This document shows positions 37,236 through 46,713 of a DNA stretch of 64,000 nucleotides, piece after piece (the stretch's first letter is position 1; every line of letters starts with the position of its first letter). This DNA comes from Macrostomum lignano. Its lineage: Eukaryota. The stretch lies in assembly GCA_002269645.1 (NCBI GenBank), contig NIVC01002009.1, positions 31,127 to 95,126 of the forward strand. Reading direction: 5' to 3'. The position numbers and the translations under genes are program-made. Below the pieces are notes generated by a model that was given only the letters and a program-made list of their open reading frames with translations, made no database searches and was not told the DNA's origin.

Positions 37236-37462
37236 AAGAAAAAGAAGAGGAGAAAGGGGATGTCAAGCAAAAAGCAACGCATGAACAAGCAAGTCTGAAA
37301 AAAAGTTTATTCAAGAAACGACGGCCGAAAAATAACAGAAAAACTTTGACGCGACGCGTGGATATCGCCGGCATTACAAAAAACAAAAACGAAAAAATGA
37401 AAACGGGACACAAACTATTGCGTACGCAAAATTGAAAACGGGCTTAAGAACGCAATTCTACT

Positions 37463-38137
37463 CTACAATCGGCCAAAAAATCTACTACAGTTGGTCGCAA
37501 ACAGTCGAGTCCAGTACCTGCGATCACATTCACTGTCCGCTAGGGCTTCCGGCACGAACTTGATGGCTGTCGGGTCCTTGGGGTCTCCACCAAACGGTGC
37601 GGCCGATGTCACTAGCAGGCGCTGCCGCGGGAGACGCTTAGCCCGTTGGACCGCTCGCGGGGATCCTCGGCACCGAGCGGACACCTCGAAGAAGACCCCG
37701 TGGCACTTGCTCACCAGCGCGGCCTCGACGGCCTCCGGCAAGTCCAGGTCCTCGGCCAGCATGACGCTCATCGTTTGAAACTCCGGCTGCCGGAGGAATC
37801 CTAGGGCGACCGCCCAGGCAGGTTCGCCGCCTTCAACTCGGAACAAAACCGGCAGGCCGAACTCCTTGGCAAGCAAGAACTGCTCCATCGCCGCCGTTAA
37901 CTGGTCCTGGCGCTGCGACCTCTCAGCGTCCCAATTGAGCTCGACTTCGCCGACCGCCACGACACGCGGCCAGCTACCCGCTAGAAATCGTCGTACATCG
38001 TCTCGCAGCGATGGCCACCACGGTGCAGCACTGGCCTTCAGGCCCAGGGCGAACACGATCCGTCGGTCTTGCAGCAGTGGTCGGACACGGGACATTCTAG
38101 ACGCAGGCAGTACGGCGAGTTTACAGCCGCTAGACAT
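37463..38137 (-). CDS. TatD-like (amidohydrolase TIM-barrel) domain, apparently lacking most metal ligands; Gypsy cargo
   Basis: Matches to the TatD consensus (recalled): IVFALGLK ~ VYAAVGIHP, VVAVGEVELNW ~ VVAIGEIGLDY, QFLLAKEFGLPVLF ~ QLELAKELNLPVII, RLPRQRLLVTSAAPF ~ KIPLDRLLLETDAPY, TNCSRFFG ~ ENARRLF. The N-terminal strand LVDAKAYL (~LIDSHCHL) lies in the overlapping upstream frame. Confidence 0.75.
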   Translation of the reverse strand: MSSGCKLAVLPASRMSRVRPLLQDRRIVFALGLKASAAPWWPSLRDDVRRFLAGSWPRVVAVGEVELNWDAERSQRQDQLTAAMEQFLLAKEFGLPVLFRVEGGEPAWAVALGFLRQPEFQTMSVMLAEDLDLPEAVEAALVSKCHGVFFEVSARCRGSPRAVQRAKRLPRQRLLVTSAAPFGGDPKDPTAIKFVPEALADSECDRRYWTRLFATNCSRFFGRL

Positions 38138-38769
38138 CGACGCACGCCACGAAGGTCCTCGGGCTGAATCGACCGGCCCAGCCTCGTTAGGTATGCCTTT
38201 GCATCGACGAGACGCTTAGCCGAGCTGACCTTGCGCTGATTCGGGTCGTCACGGGGGGAGACCTCCTGGACCGTGTCGGCCGGTCGTACTTGCTCGGGGT
38301 CGACACCCGTTAACTCTTCGGTCGCCAAGTCGCGCTGGGCCGTCAGCGGAGTCTGCGAAAGGTGCGGCCCGTCACTCCCCTCCTCCGGGCGCCGCGCGAG
38401 GCCAGGATCCACTAAGAGAGACAGACCCCGGAGCCTCCCCAACAAGGGACCCCCCAACTCACACAGCTCAAAACCCCGCACAGCCAACAACACGCACTCA
38501 AACGCCGCCTGCAGCACCGAAGGCGGGACCCTCCGACACCTCCCGGAGCCACCACCAGAACCTCTCTTCCGCCCATACTGATTGCACAGAAACGACACAG
38601 ACACTGCTAAGAATCTAGACAACTGCTCAGGCACACTCACACCAGCCCCATCAAGAAACCTCGCCACCTCCTGAACCACCAGGCAAGCTCCTTCACTATC
38701 CCCAGCCCTCAACCGCGCCAGCAGCGCACCCCTCAGCCGCCTACACTCAGCAAGCGCAGCCGGAGCCAA
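38038..38769 (-). CDS. Gypsy cargo ORF, unknown helical region that ends with the TatD N-terminal strand
   Basis: 243-aa ORF with the frame open from ~38822. No signal peptide or clear TM segment. Probably fused to the neighbouring ORFs. Confidence 0.55.
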   Translation of the reverse strand: MAPAALAECRRLRGALLARLRAGDSEGACLVVQEVARFLDGAGVSVPEQLSRFLAVSVSFLCNQYGRKRGSGGGSGRCRRVPPSVLQAAFECVLLAVRGFELCELGGPLLGRLRGLSLLVDPGLARRPEEGSDGPHLSQTPLTAQRDLATEELTGVDPEQVRPADTVQEVSPRDDPNQRKVSSAKRLVDAKAYLTRLGRSIQPEDLRGVRRCLAAVNSPYCLRLECPVSDHCCKTDGSCSPWA

Positions 38770-38896
38770 TAACTCGGCTGGGATCTCCGCGTGAACTGGA
38801 GCTTCCCTGCGGCGCTTCCCTTAAGACTAGCCAAAGCTAACCTGACCTGCTCGGGCAACTCAACGTCAGGGGGAGGATTGAAAAAGTAGGCGTACT

Positions 38897-39136
38897 TTAA
38901 CACCCCTTGACACGCTGCCTCCCAACCCGATCGTATACTTCCCGAAACACTGGGTCAGATAAAACGCACATCGCCATCACGTCTCGCTGAGACTCCGGAG
39001 ACTCTACCTCGGCAGGACAGACGCGGGGCCGCTTTGAGTACAGACGACTACACGCTGCCTCAATCTCCGCAGAGTTAGCAGTCCGACCCACGCCTAACAC
39101 GCCATACAAATCAGTCGGTGTCGTTGGCGACGACAT
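38897..39136 (-). CDS. J-domain-like module without HPD; Gypsy cargo
   Basis: DLYGVLGVGRTANSAEIEAA...VLSDPVFREVYDRVG matches both ends of the DnaJ J-domain consensus (DYYEILGV..A...EIK.A...VLSDP..R..YD..G). The HPD position reads KRPR. Acceptor-like ttgcag| lies 7 nt upstream of the ATG. Confidence 0.65.
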   Translation of the reverse strand: MSSPTTPTDLYGVLGVGRTANSAEIEAACSRLYSKRPRVCPAEVESPESQRDVMAMCVLSDPVFREVYDRVGRQRVKGC

Positions 39137-39436
39137 GGTCCTCCTGCAATGATGACATTTAAACCCAATCACTACCTATGCCTTGCGGACTAGCAACTGT
39201 GACCCTGACCTGACCCATCCTATGACATGTTTATTTTACAATACGATTGAGAACGCTTCTTGCCTAGCATACTTTGTAATTTTAATACATTTAATGTTTT
39301 TTACGTGCTTTCCATGCGTTCCATTTTATGATTTTTTTGTGCTTTGGGGTTGTATCATTTTTTTCATTTTAGGTTATTTTAGGCTTTCTACCATAGACAA
39401 CAGCGTGGAGGCATTAATACAAGTGCATATTAAAAA

Positions 39437-42400
39437 TCAATTTATGACGACCGCCTTGTGAGCCCACTGCGAATTAACGATACAATACCGGATTCCCGTA
39501 ATACGCTGGGGCACACCCCGACGCTCGCGCAGTCTGCGCGGAGACACGGCTGGCGCCGCTGGAGCCACCGGTGCGCATGGCGCAACTGGCGTTCCCGGCC
39601 CTACTATCCCATGCCGAGGCCCAACGGCAACTGGTGGCACCACATACGAGTAAAACTCCTCCTCCTCCTCAAGTTCCGGCTCTTTAGTCGCCGGCCCCGC
39701 GGGCTCCTGTCTGCACCCTGCCGGCTCAGGCGGATGCGCCGACCGGCGCTGCACTGCCGTATGCCTATTCATCAACCTGAACTGCTCAGGCCGCTCGGGT
39801 ACTTTTCGCAAATTATTATAATGCACTATTTTGCTCTTTCCCCTATTGGCGTGCTTTACCCGGTAATTCAAATCGGATATCTTCTCTAACACCTTCGCCG
39901 GCCCCTTCCAATTGCAATGGAACTTGGCTGCCTCCCCTGCCTGCAGCGCAGGCGAGTATTCTAGGACGGCATCCCCACTTCTATGGCCGGGCCTCGCACC
40001 CTTGAGTCGTACAGCACTTTCTGTTTCCTCTGGTACTGCTGCAGGTTGGTCCGCACCTGCGAATGAGCCTCAGCCAGACTATTACCTAATGACTGAACAT
40101 ACGCCGGAGCACTGGCAGGAATGGACTCAGGCAAGGTTCCGATGTCCACTGGAAGCCGCATCTCCCTGGCGTACAGCATGTAGTACGGGGTGTACCCCGT
40201 GCCTCTGTGAACGCTGCTACGGTACGCCATGAGAGACGGGTGGATCAGATCCTCCCAGTCTCCTTCGCCCACCGACTCACTCATCCTGCACTTGATCATT
40301 GACTTCAACGTCTTATTGAAACTCTCAGCCTGACCATCAGCCATCGGGTGATAGGAGGACGTTCTGCATTTCTTAACGGCAAGCAACCGACACAACTGCT
40401 TCATCAAAGCCGACTCAAAATTGGTGCCCTTATCGGTGACTAGAAATTCAGGACAACCAAAGTGCGCAATCCAGTGATCAAAAATCGCTCGCGCCACCGT
40501 CGGGGCTCGCTGATTCGACAAGGGCACCGCCACCGGCCACTTAGTAAAAGAATCCTGGATTGTCAGCACGAATCGATTGCCACCTCTGGACTTGGGCAAC
40601 GGCCCGACAATGTCACTCATGATCCTCTGGAAAGCTCCTTCCGAGCAGATTGGCTGCAAAGGCGCCCGGTTGCTGCGCCCAGGCTTCGCCTTCGCACAGT
40701 GGACACAGCTCCGGCAATACTCTTCCACGGAACGACTCAGCCCCGGCCACCAGTATCTCGCCTTCACTTTCTCTTGTGTCTTCCTAACCCCAAGGTGCCC
40801 TCCTGCAACCCCATCATGAAGCTCACTGAGCACTTTCGGCAGCAAAGCCGGCGGCAGCAAGATCTTTTTCTGGCACCCACTCCCGGGACTCTGAAAATAC
40901 AACAGATCAGACTCTACTCTTATCAGCTGCCGTTGTGCCCACAGCACACGCTCCTCCCACGACATCACTCTAGGCGCACTGGGGTTCGAACCCGGGTCCA
41001 GGGCATAGGAGCGGACAGCTGCAAGCTTCTTCTCGGCCACTTGCGCCTGCTGGACTTCCTTCGAAGACAGCCCACTGCCAAACACCGCGTTCACTACTGG
41101 CACATTCTCGCTAAACTGGCAGCTAGGGCAGCTCTCATGGCCAGCGTGTTTTCGGTACTTGCGAGACAGCGAATCAGCGTTGCCGTGCTCCTTGCCTGGC
41201 CTGTGAATGATCTCAAAGTCGAAGTTCTGGAGCGACTCAAGCCACCTTGCGCACTGACCCTCTACGTCCTTCAGACTGGCTAGCCACTGCAAAGCTTTGT
41301 GGTCTGAACGAACAGTGAACTTTCTACCTAACAAATAGTACCTATACTTTTTGACGAAGTGCACGACGGCAAGCAACTCTAACCTGGTGGTGCAATAATT
41401 TTTCTCCGCCGCATGAATCATCCTAGACCCGTAAGCGATCACCTTCTCACGGCCATCTGCTTGACGCTGTGACAGGACGGCTCCCAGCCCGACGCGCGAA
41501 CTGGCGTCCGTGTCGAGGATGAACTCCCCGGCACCAGGCGAAAAATCCGGGAATGCCATCACATTCGGTGAACACAAAGCGTCTTTCAGCCTGCAAAACG
41601 AGCTCTCCTCTTCACTACCCCACTCAAACTTCACTCCGTCTGCGGTTAACCTATACAGCGGCGCTGCAATCTCTGAAAACTGCGGGATAAATGACTGATA
41701 GTAGGCGCACGTACCCAGGAATGCCTGCACCTTCTTGGCGCTACATGGCCTCGGCCAATTCTGGATCTCCTCGCACTTGCTCGGATCCGTTGCGATCCCC
41801 TCCTGAGAGACGATGTGGCCCAGAAACTTCACCCGCTCTGCGAGGAACACACACTTGGCGGGCTTCAGCTTGACATTGGCATCCCTCAGGCACTGGAAAA
41901 CATGCTTCAATCGCTCGAGATGCTGACCCACCGACTTGGCGAACACGACTATATCGTCAAAGTACACCAGGCACTCCTTCCAGTTAACCTCAGACAGGGC
42001 CATAGACATTAGCCTGGCGAACGTAGCGGGAGCATTGCGCAAGCCAAAACTCATGCACTTCCAGGCGAACTGACCCCTGTTGGGTACCACGAACGCCGTT
42101 TTCAACTGGTCCTTCGGCTCAATCGGGCACTGATGATAGCCGGAGGCCAGATCCATCGTCGAGAAAACACAGTTCCCTCCTAGCGCATCAAGCGTCTCGT
42201 CCATCCGCGGCGGTGGGTAAGGATCTGGCACTGTGACCTCGTTAAGGCGCCGATAGTCTAGACACAACCTCAAGCTACCGTCGGCCTTTTTAACCGGCAC
42301 GATCGGGCTCGCCCACGGAGAGTAGCAGGGATAGATGCGATCCTGCTGCAACAACTCATCAACCTGCTTATCAATTTCCTCCTTCCAGCGCGGTGGAATC

Positions 42401-43410
42401 CTACGCGCGGGCTGACTTACTGGCTTGGCGTTGCCGGTGTCAATCTCATGCGCCATCAAGTGTGACTGTCCCAACTCCGAGCTATCCCTGGCAAAGACAT
42501 CACGATTCCGAGCCATCAGGCGCTCAAACTCGTGCTTCTCATCGCCCGTCAGGCCACATCCTCCCCACTCCTTGACATCGCTGAGGGGGTTCCAGTCGTC
42601 TCGGACACTCTCCACCGAGTTCACCTGCCACCCAGCTGGCTGCTGGGCCGCCACTGGGGAGAACCAACCAATTCGGCTTCCCTTCCTTAATGACAGACTG
42701 CATCCTGACGTGTTCAACACCCTGACAGCCAAGCGACCGTCCCCGTCAGGCATCTGTACCGATCTGGCCACCATCTGCTCGTTACTCACTCTCCTCTCAG
42801 ACTCCACAATGCCTAGGAACTGAACCCCAGAGGGAACCCTTCTCTGCAACCTGACGTGCACCACCTTCTCTTGACCTGCATTGAACTGCTCAGGCTGACT
42901 CAGCACCAGACGGCAAAGACGCGGCTTATCTGCTGATAAGCGAAACGGATACACACAGGATGCAGTCTGCAAGCAATTCCTAGCAAAGTCAATCGCCATC
43001 CCGTGTCTCACGAAAAAGTCAGTGCCCAGAATACATGCCACAGCCAGTTCCTCGACCACAGCGAACTCGTGCAAAAACTCGGTGTCCCCAACAGAAAACT
43101 TCATCGTCACCATTCCATGTACAGCAATCGGTTCCCCATTGGCAGCGAAAACGGAAAAATTCGGCAAATTCGGCGATAAGTCAATGTCGGCTTTTCTAGA
43201 CTTCAGGAAACGGTTGCTTAACAACGACACGGTGGCCCCGCTGTCCAGCAGACATGCAATCGGGGGCCCAAACCTAAACTGTGCATCCACATAGCCCAGT
43301 CCCTGCCGACTCAGCACACTCTGGGACAAGGCCGCGGCCCCCGATGCACCCGGATTCACTGACGCTGGGGCCCGGACGGGTGCCCCGGCCGAGCCCCCAA
43401 TCCGTTTCCC
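39437..43410 (-). CDS. pol: Gypsy Pol polyprotein (protease, RT, RNase H, integrase)
   Basis: Motifs LLDSGAT, YFDD, DTDAS, HHCC (H..GGHLG, C..C), DIVGP...DKGTNF...AESFN. One -1 break at ~39970 falls in a G run; restoring it gives VGDAVLEYSP...WKGPAKVLEKISDLNYRV through to 39437. Confidence 0.96.
43346..43410 (-). other. -1 ribosomal frameshift signal: G GGA AAC plus H-type pseudoknot
   Basis: Slippery heptamer 43410-43404 in gag frame SGN, 6-nt spacer, stem 1 GGGGCTCGG/CCGGGCCCC, stem 2 GCACCCG/CGGGTGC. Pol is in the -1 frame. Confidence 0.85.
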
Positions 43411-44336
43411 GAACCCGACTGGTCCCACCGACGATAGCAGCGGTTGCGCATGTGCCCTGACTGGCCACACTCCCGGCAGACCACTGCATTACGGCACCGA
43501 GCCGTAGTATGCCCTGTCTGCAGGCACCGACCACACTGCCTCTGCTGCTGACTCTGCTCAGGGGCTCGATGCTGCAAGCTCACTTTTGGCTGCTCAGACC
43601 TTGCTGTCGCCATCGGCGCAGTGGGCGCTGCAGCACTTGCTTTTAGCTGAGCCACTTCCGCTTTCAGAGTTGCTATCTCGGCGGCTGCCCTGGACTCCTG
43701 GCTGTTGCCAGCCGCTGCGGCCTGACCCCCCACCATGTGCACAGCTCGCTTACCCTCGGGCTCCATCAGAGCCAACGATGCCCTCACTTGACGCACCCGC
43801 CTAATAGCGTCCTGGAGCGTCTCTGGCGCTTGCAGCAGCACGCTCTCCAGCACCCGGGCTGGCACCCGAATCCCCTTCAAAAACCTGTCTTTCACCAACT
43901 CTTCTCGCTGGGCCGCTGGCAGCATTGGGTACGATTTTCTCATAAGCTCCTTGAGCACGTCTGCATATTCTTCAATGGGCTCGCCATCTTTCTGATTCCT
44001 ACTCTGGAACTCGGTCTTGTAATCTTGAGCAGTCCTATTCTCATCAAACCTAGCTTCTAGCTGCTCAACAAACTCATCATACGGCAAATCATCGGCCAAC
44101 TCAAGATTCGCAACAGCCTTAAAAGCAGTATTAAAGTCAAGCAGACTGAGCAGCGCCTGCTTGCGCTGATCCCCTAGAATATGAGCCGCCTCACAATACC
44201 CTGTGAATTGTTGCATCCAAAGGGCAAAGTCCTGTGTGGGCACGTACTTATTTGGCCTCGGCACCCGCTGTGCCACATTAAGTTCGTTTTGCAGACGCGC
44301 CGTCAGGGCGTCAATCAGATCGTCTAAATTGGCCAT
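43356..44336 (-). CDS. gag: Gypsy Gag with two CCHC zinc knuckles
   Basis: ATG at 44336 (MANLDDLIDAL). Knuckles CGRCLQTGHTTARC and CRECGQSGHMRNRC. Capsid-like RNQKDGEPIEEY...L motif. Confidence 0.93.
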   Translation of the reverse strand: MANLDDLIDALTARLQNELNVAQRVPRPNKYVPTQDFALWMQQFTGYCEAAHILGDQRKQALLSLLDFNTAFKAVANLELADDLPYDEFVEQLEARFDENRTAQDYKTEFQSRNQKDGEPIEEYADVLKELMRKSYPMLPAAQREELVKDRFLKGIRVPARVLESVLLQAPETLQDAIRRVRQVRASLALMEPEGKRAVHMVGGQAAAAGNSQESRAAAEIATLKAEVAQLKASAAAPTAPMATARSEQPKVSLQHRAPEQSQQQRQCGRCLQTGHTTARCRNAVVCRECGQSGHMRNRCYRRWDQSGSGNGLGARPGHPSGPQRQ

Positions 44337-44440
44337 GGCTACAAAAACACAGAGACAACCGAAGCAAACAACACACAAATAAACTAGGCAACACACACAA
44401 CCCTAAACACACGGCAGGACAGCAGGGGAGAGGACCGCTG

Positions 44441-44458
44441 ATCCTGGTCACGGCACCA
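44441..44458 (-). other. Primer-binding site, tRNA-His
   Basis: TGGTGCCGTGACCAGGAT starts 2 nt inside the 5' LTR boundary. It is complementary to the invertebrate tRNA-His 3' end ATCCTGGTCACGGCA-CCA (recalled). Confidence 0.9.
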
Positions 44459-44460
44459 CT

Positions 44461-45163
44461 TGTTGTGTCTCGGCCTAATGGCCGCTGGACGGGTCAAGGT
44501 TCGGGCCCTCCCCGCCTGAGACACCCCTGTCCCAGCCCTCACCCCGGCTATTCCTACCCTGTCTCGCTCGGTTCGGCGAGAGTTCGCCTGACCGAACACC
44601 CTGGGATCGGCGAGAGTTCACCGTTCCCAGGTCCCTGCAGATCCCGGCCCCACGCGGCAACCCAGAAGAACGAAAGCTCGAGCTCACCTCCTCTTGATAT
44701 ATCGAGTTACTAACGAAGCGTTTATTGGCCCGAAGCAGTTATTGGCACGCGAAGGCAGAGGTACGCCGATGAACGCAAAAACAGTAAGAACGAAGCGGAC
44801 ACCAATAGAGAGCCACGTGGAGCGCAGCCCGCTCAGGGCTAGCATTTAAATAATACACAAAAAAGGGGGAAGGGGGGGCAGACTGGAGACGGCGAGCCAA
44901 ACCCTGGGGCCCAGCCGGCTTATCAGCCAGCCAGCCAATACGAGCAGCCCCAGGGTGAGGCGGGCAACGAGGGAGGGGGGGGGGTCGGCACCCAGATTGG
45001 ACAGAGATTGGGCCGGGGCTGGGTGCAAAGGGCTAGGCCAGGGTTGAGACTTACGCCTCTCACAAACCCTGGCCCGGGCGCGAGACGGGGGACGGGGCGG
45101 GGTGGCATGAAAACTGAAAACAAAAGTACGAGTACATACACACTGGAAGGGCGCAGCCCAACA
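44461..45163 (-). repeat. 5' LTR of the Gypsy element
   Basis: 703 bp, TG...CA, direct repeat of 36521-37223. Confidence 0.97.
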
Positions 45164-46713
45164 TGACCAACGAAGTCAGAGCTGATGCAGACACATGTGG
45201 TTGACGTGCTGATGAAATTTGGAGACTTGGCAAGGCTGCACTGAGGCGCAGTGCTGATTGGCGCACAGGGGTGTACTGAATACACTATAGCGCTTATGGG
45301 AAAAATCCGACCTTCTAGCAGAATCGTCGAATATCTCGACGGTCCGGAGGGCTGGGGCGACTTGATTCTTGTTTGAGAATGTGCGCAACAAAAAGCTAGC
45401 CCGTGTTCTCGAATTTCGTGTGCCTGCGTTGCTCCGTTCCGGTGCAGCAAAAAATTGTCAGGGGGGTGGAAATTCCCCCCCCTCTCTTGGTAGTTCTACT
45501 GTTAATATCAAAGTTCATATCAGGCCTAAACAGCTTTGCTCAGCCTGTAAATGAACGCTTCAATTAAGAAACTTTTTTATTGAAAATTATACAATTATAC
45601 GTGTGAAACAAAAAATCTTTAGACAAACAATACATGGCTCTTTGCATTGTGTATCAAATACTTCAAAATCGCTTCTACGTATGCTTACTCGCAAGTAGCC
45701 CATCGCTTATACGCGTACATCTAACATGTACGAGTATCCTACTGAAGGCACCTGGCACAGTGCCGGCTGTCATAAAAACCTTAAATTTTAAATATCCAAT
45801 TAAGTGATATTTTGCACTCCAAATATAACTTGAGAAGCTATACAAGCGTATATGGTCATTCTAAATAGCCGAATTAAACTTTAAATGAAAATGTTGTTTA
45901 TAGCCTTTCTGGTACCAATTTTGAATTCTACTCGTACCATCATCCCGTTCGGTGCACGCGGCACCTCATTTTGCATATGCTTCAATTATTTCAATAATTC
46001 TGCTCTGTTCTCTCTGCACAGCAGCAGTATTTCAAGCTTTCTACATATCTGTTCGATAGCTCGATGCCTCGCAATGGTTTGACGCGATTCAAAACATTTC
46101 TGTCGCATGAGTCTTTTTGTCAGCTTGCTTCTTGCAACGGCCCACACAAGGCTCGGCATGTTTAGAAGCGTCTAGCAGAATGCACTGCCTGTCTCCCATT
46201 GATGAAACAGAGCTCTCTTATTGGTCCGTAGCCTCACAATTGCAACTGTAAAACTATATTTTTATTTAAAAAGAAACAGAAGAAACAACGGCCCCGTCTT
46301 TCCATATAGCGCTTCAAAACCGAGATCGTATTTTCTATTCGAGTTGACCGTGTCAAAGGCAGGTAAGTCTATTGTACGCATGACAGCATGCAGAGTTCCA
46401 AACCTTTTGCTGCCCATTTTTCAACAAGTTATCCGTGTTGAATACTAAGCAAATCTATATAACTAAATCTATCTTTGCTAAAGTCTGGAGGCAGGGCTGG
46501 CGTCTTGTCTCCTGTCTGAGAGGTGAGGAACAGTAAGTGATCCCGTATCCTTGTGGCAGCACAAAAATTGACAGACAAAGGTAAAGTACATGTACGCACC
46601 TGTGTACTGAATCTGATGTGTGGCAAATGCCCCCCCCCATCCAAACCGTCAGAAAACGAAGCTGAACTCTGCCCTTGCCGTGCTGCAAGTCAAGCGAAGC
46701 TCTTTACCCCGCC

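Larger units (their letters stand above)
36521..45163 (-). mobile_element. Complete young Gypsy (Metaviridae) LTR retrotransposon with extra 3' coding cargo
   Basis: Two 703-bp LTRs (TGTTG...CAACA), 4-bp TSD tgac (36517-36520, 45164-45167), PBS, PPT, gag, and pol in PR-RT-RH-IN order. Confidence 0.97.
35158..45496. mobile_element. ~1.7-kb foldback/long-TIR non-autonomous DNA element, split by the Gypsy insertion
   Basis: The left arm 35158-~35890 is the reverse complement of 36150-36520 plus 45168-45496 (ends gaactaccaagag / ctcttggtagttc). The arms contain ~150-bp subrepeats. No TSD found. Confidence 0.8.

Noticed and set aside
36351-37413. ORFs within and across the LTRs (also 44465-45450)
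   Set aside because: They are chance frames in GC-rich LTR and foldback sequence, duplicated only because the LTRs are.
37463-38137. A host TATDN gene into which the LTRs happened to insert, or bacterial contamination
   Set aside because: It lies between pol and the PPT within one TSD-bounded element, on the element's sense strand.
37463-39136. Calling the third coding region env
   Set aside because: No signal peptide, furin site or TM anchor was seen; the similarity is to J-domain and TatD folds.
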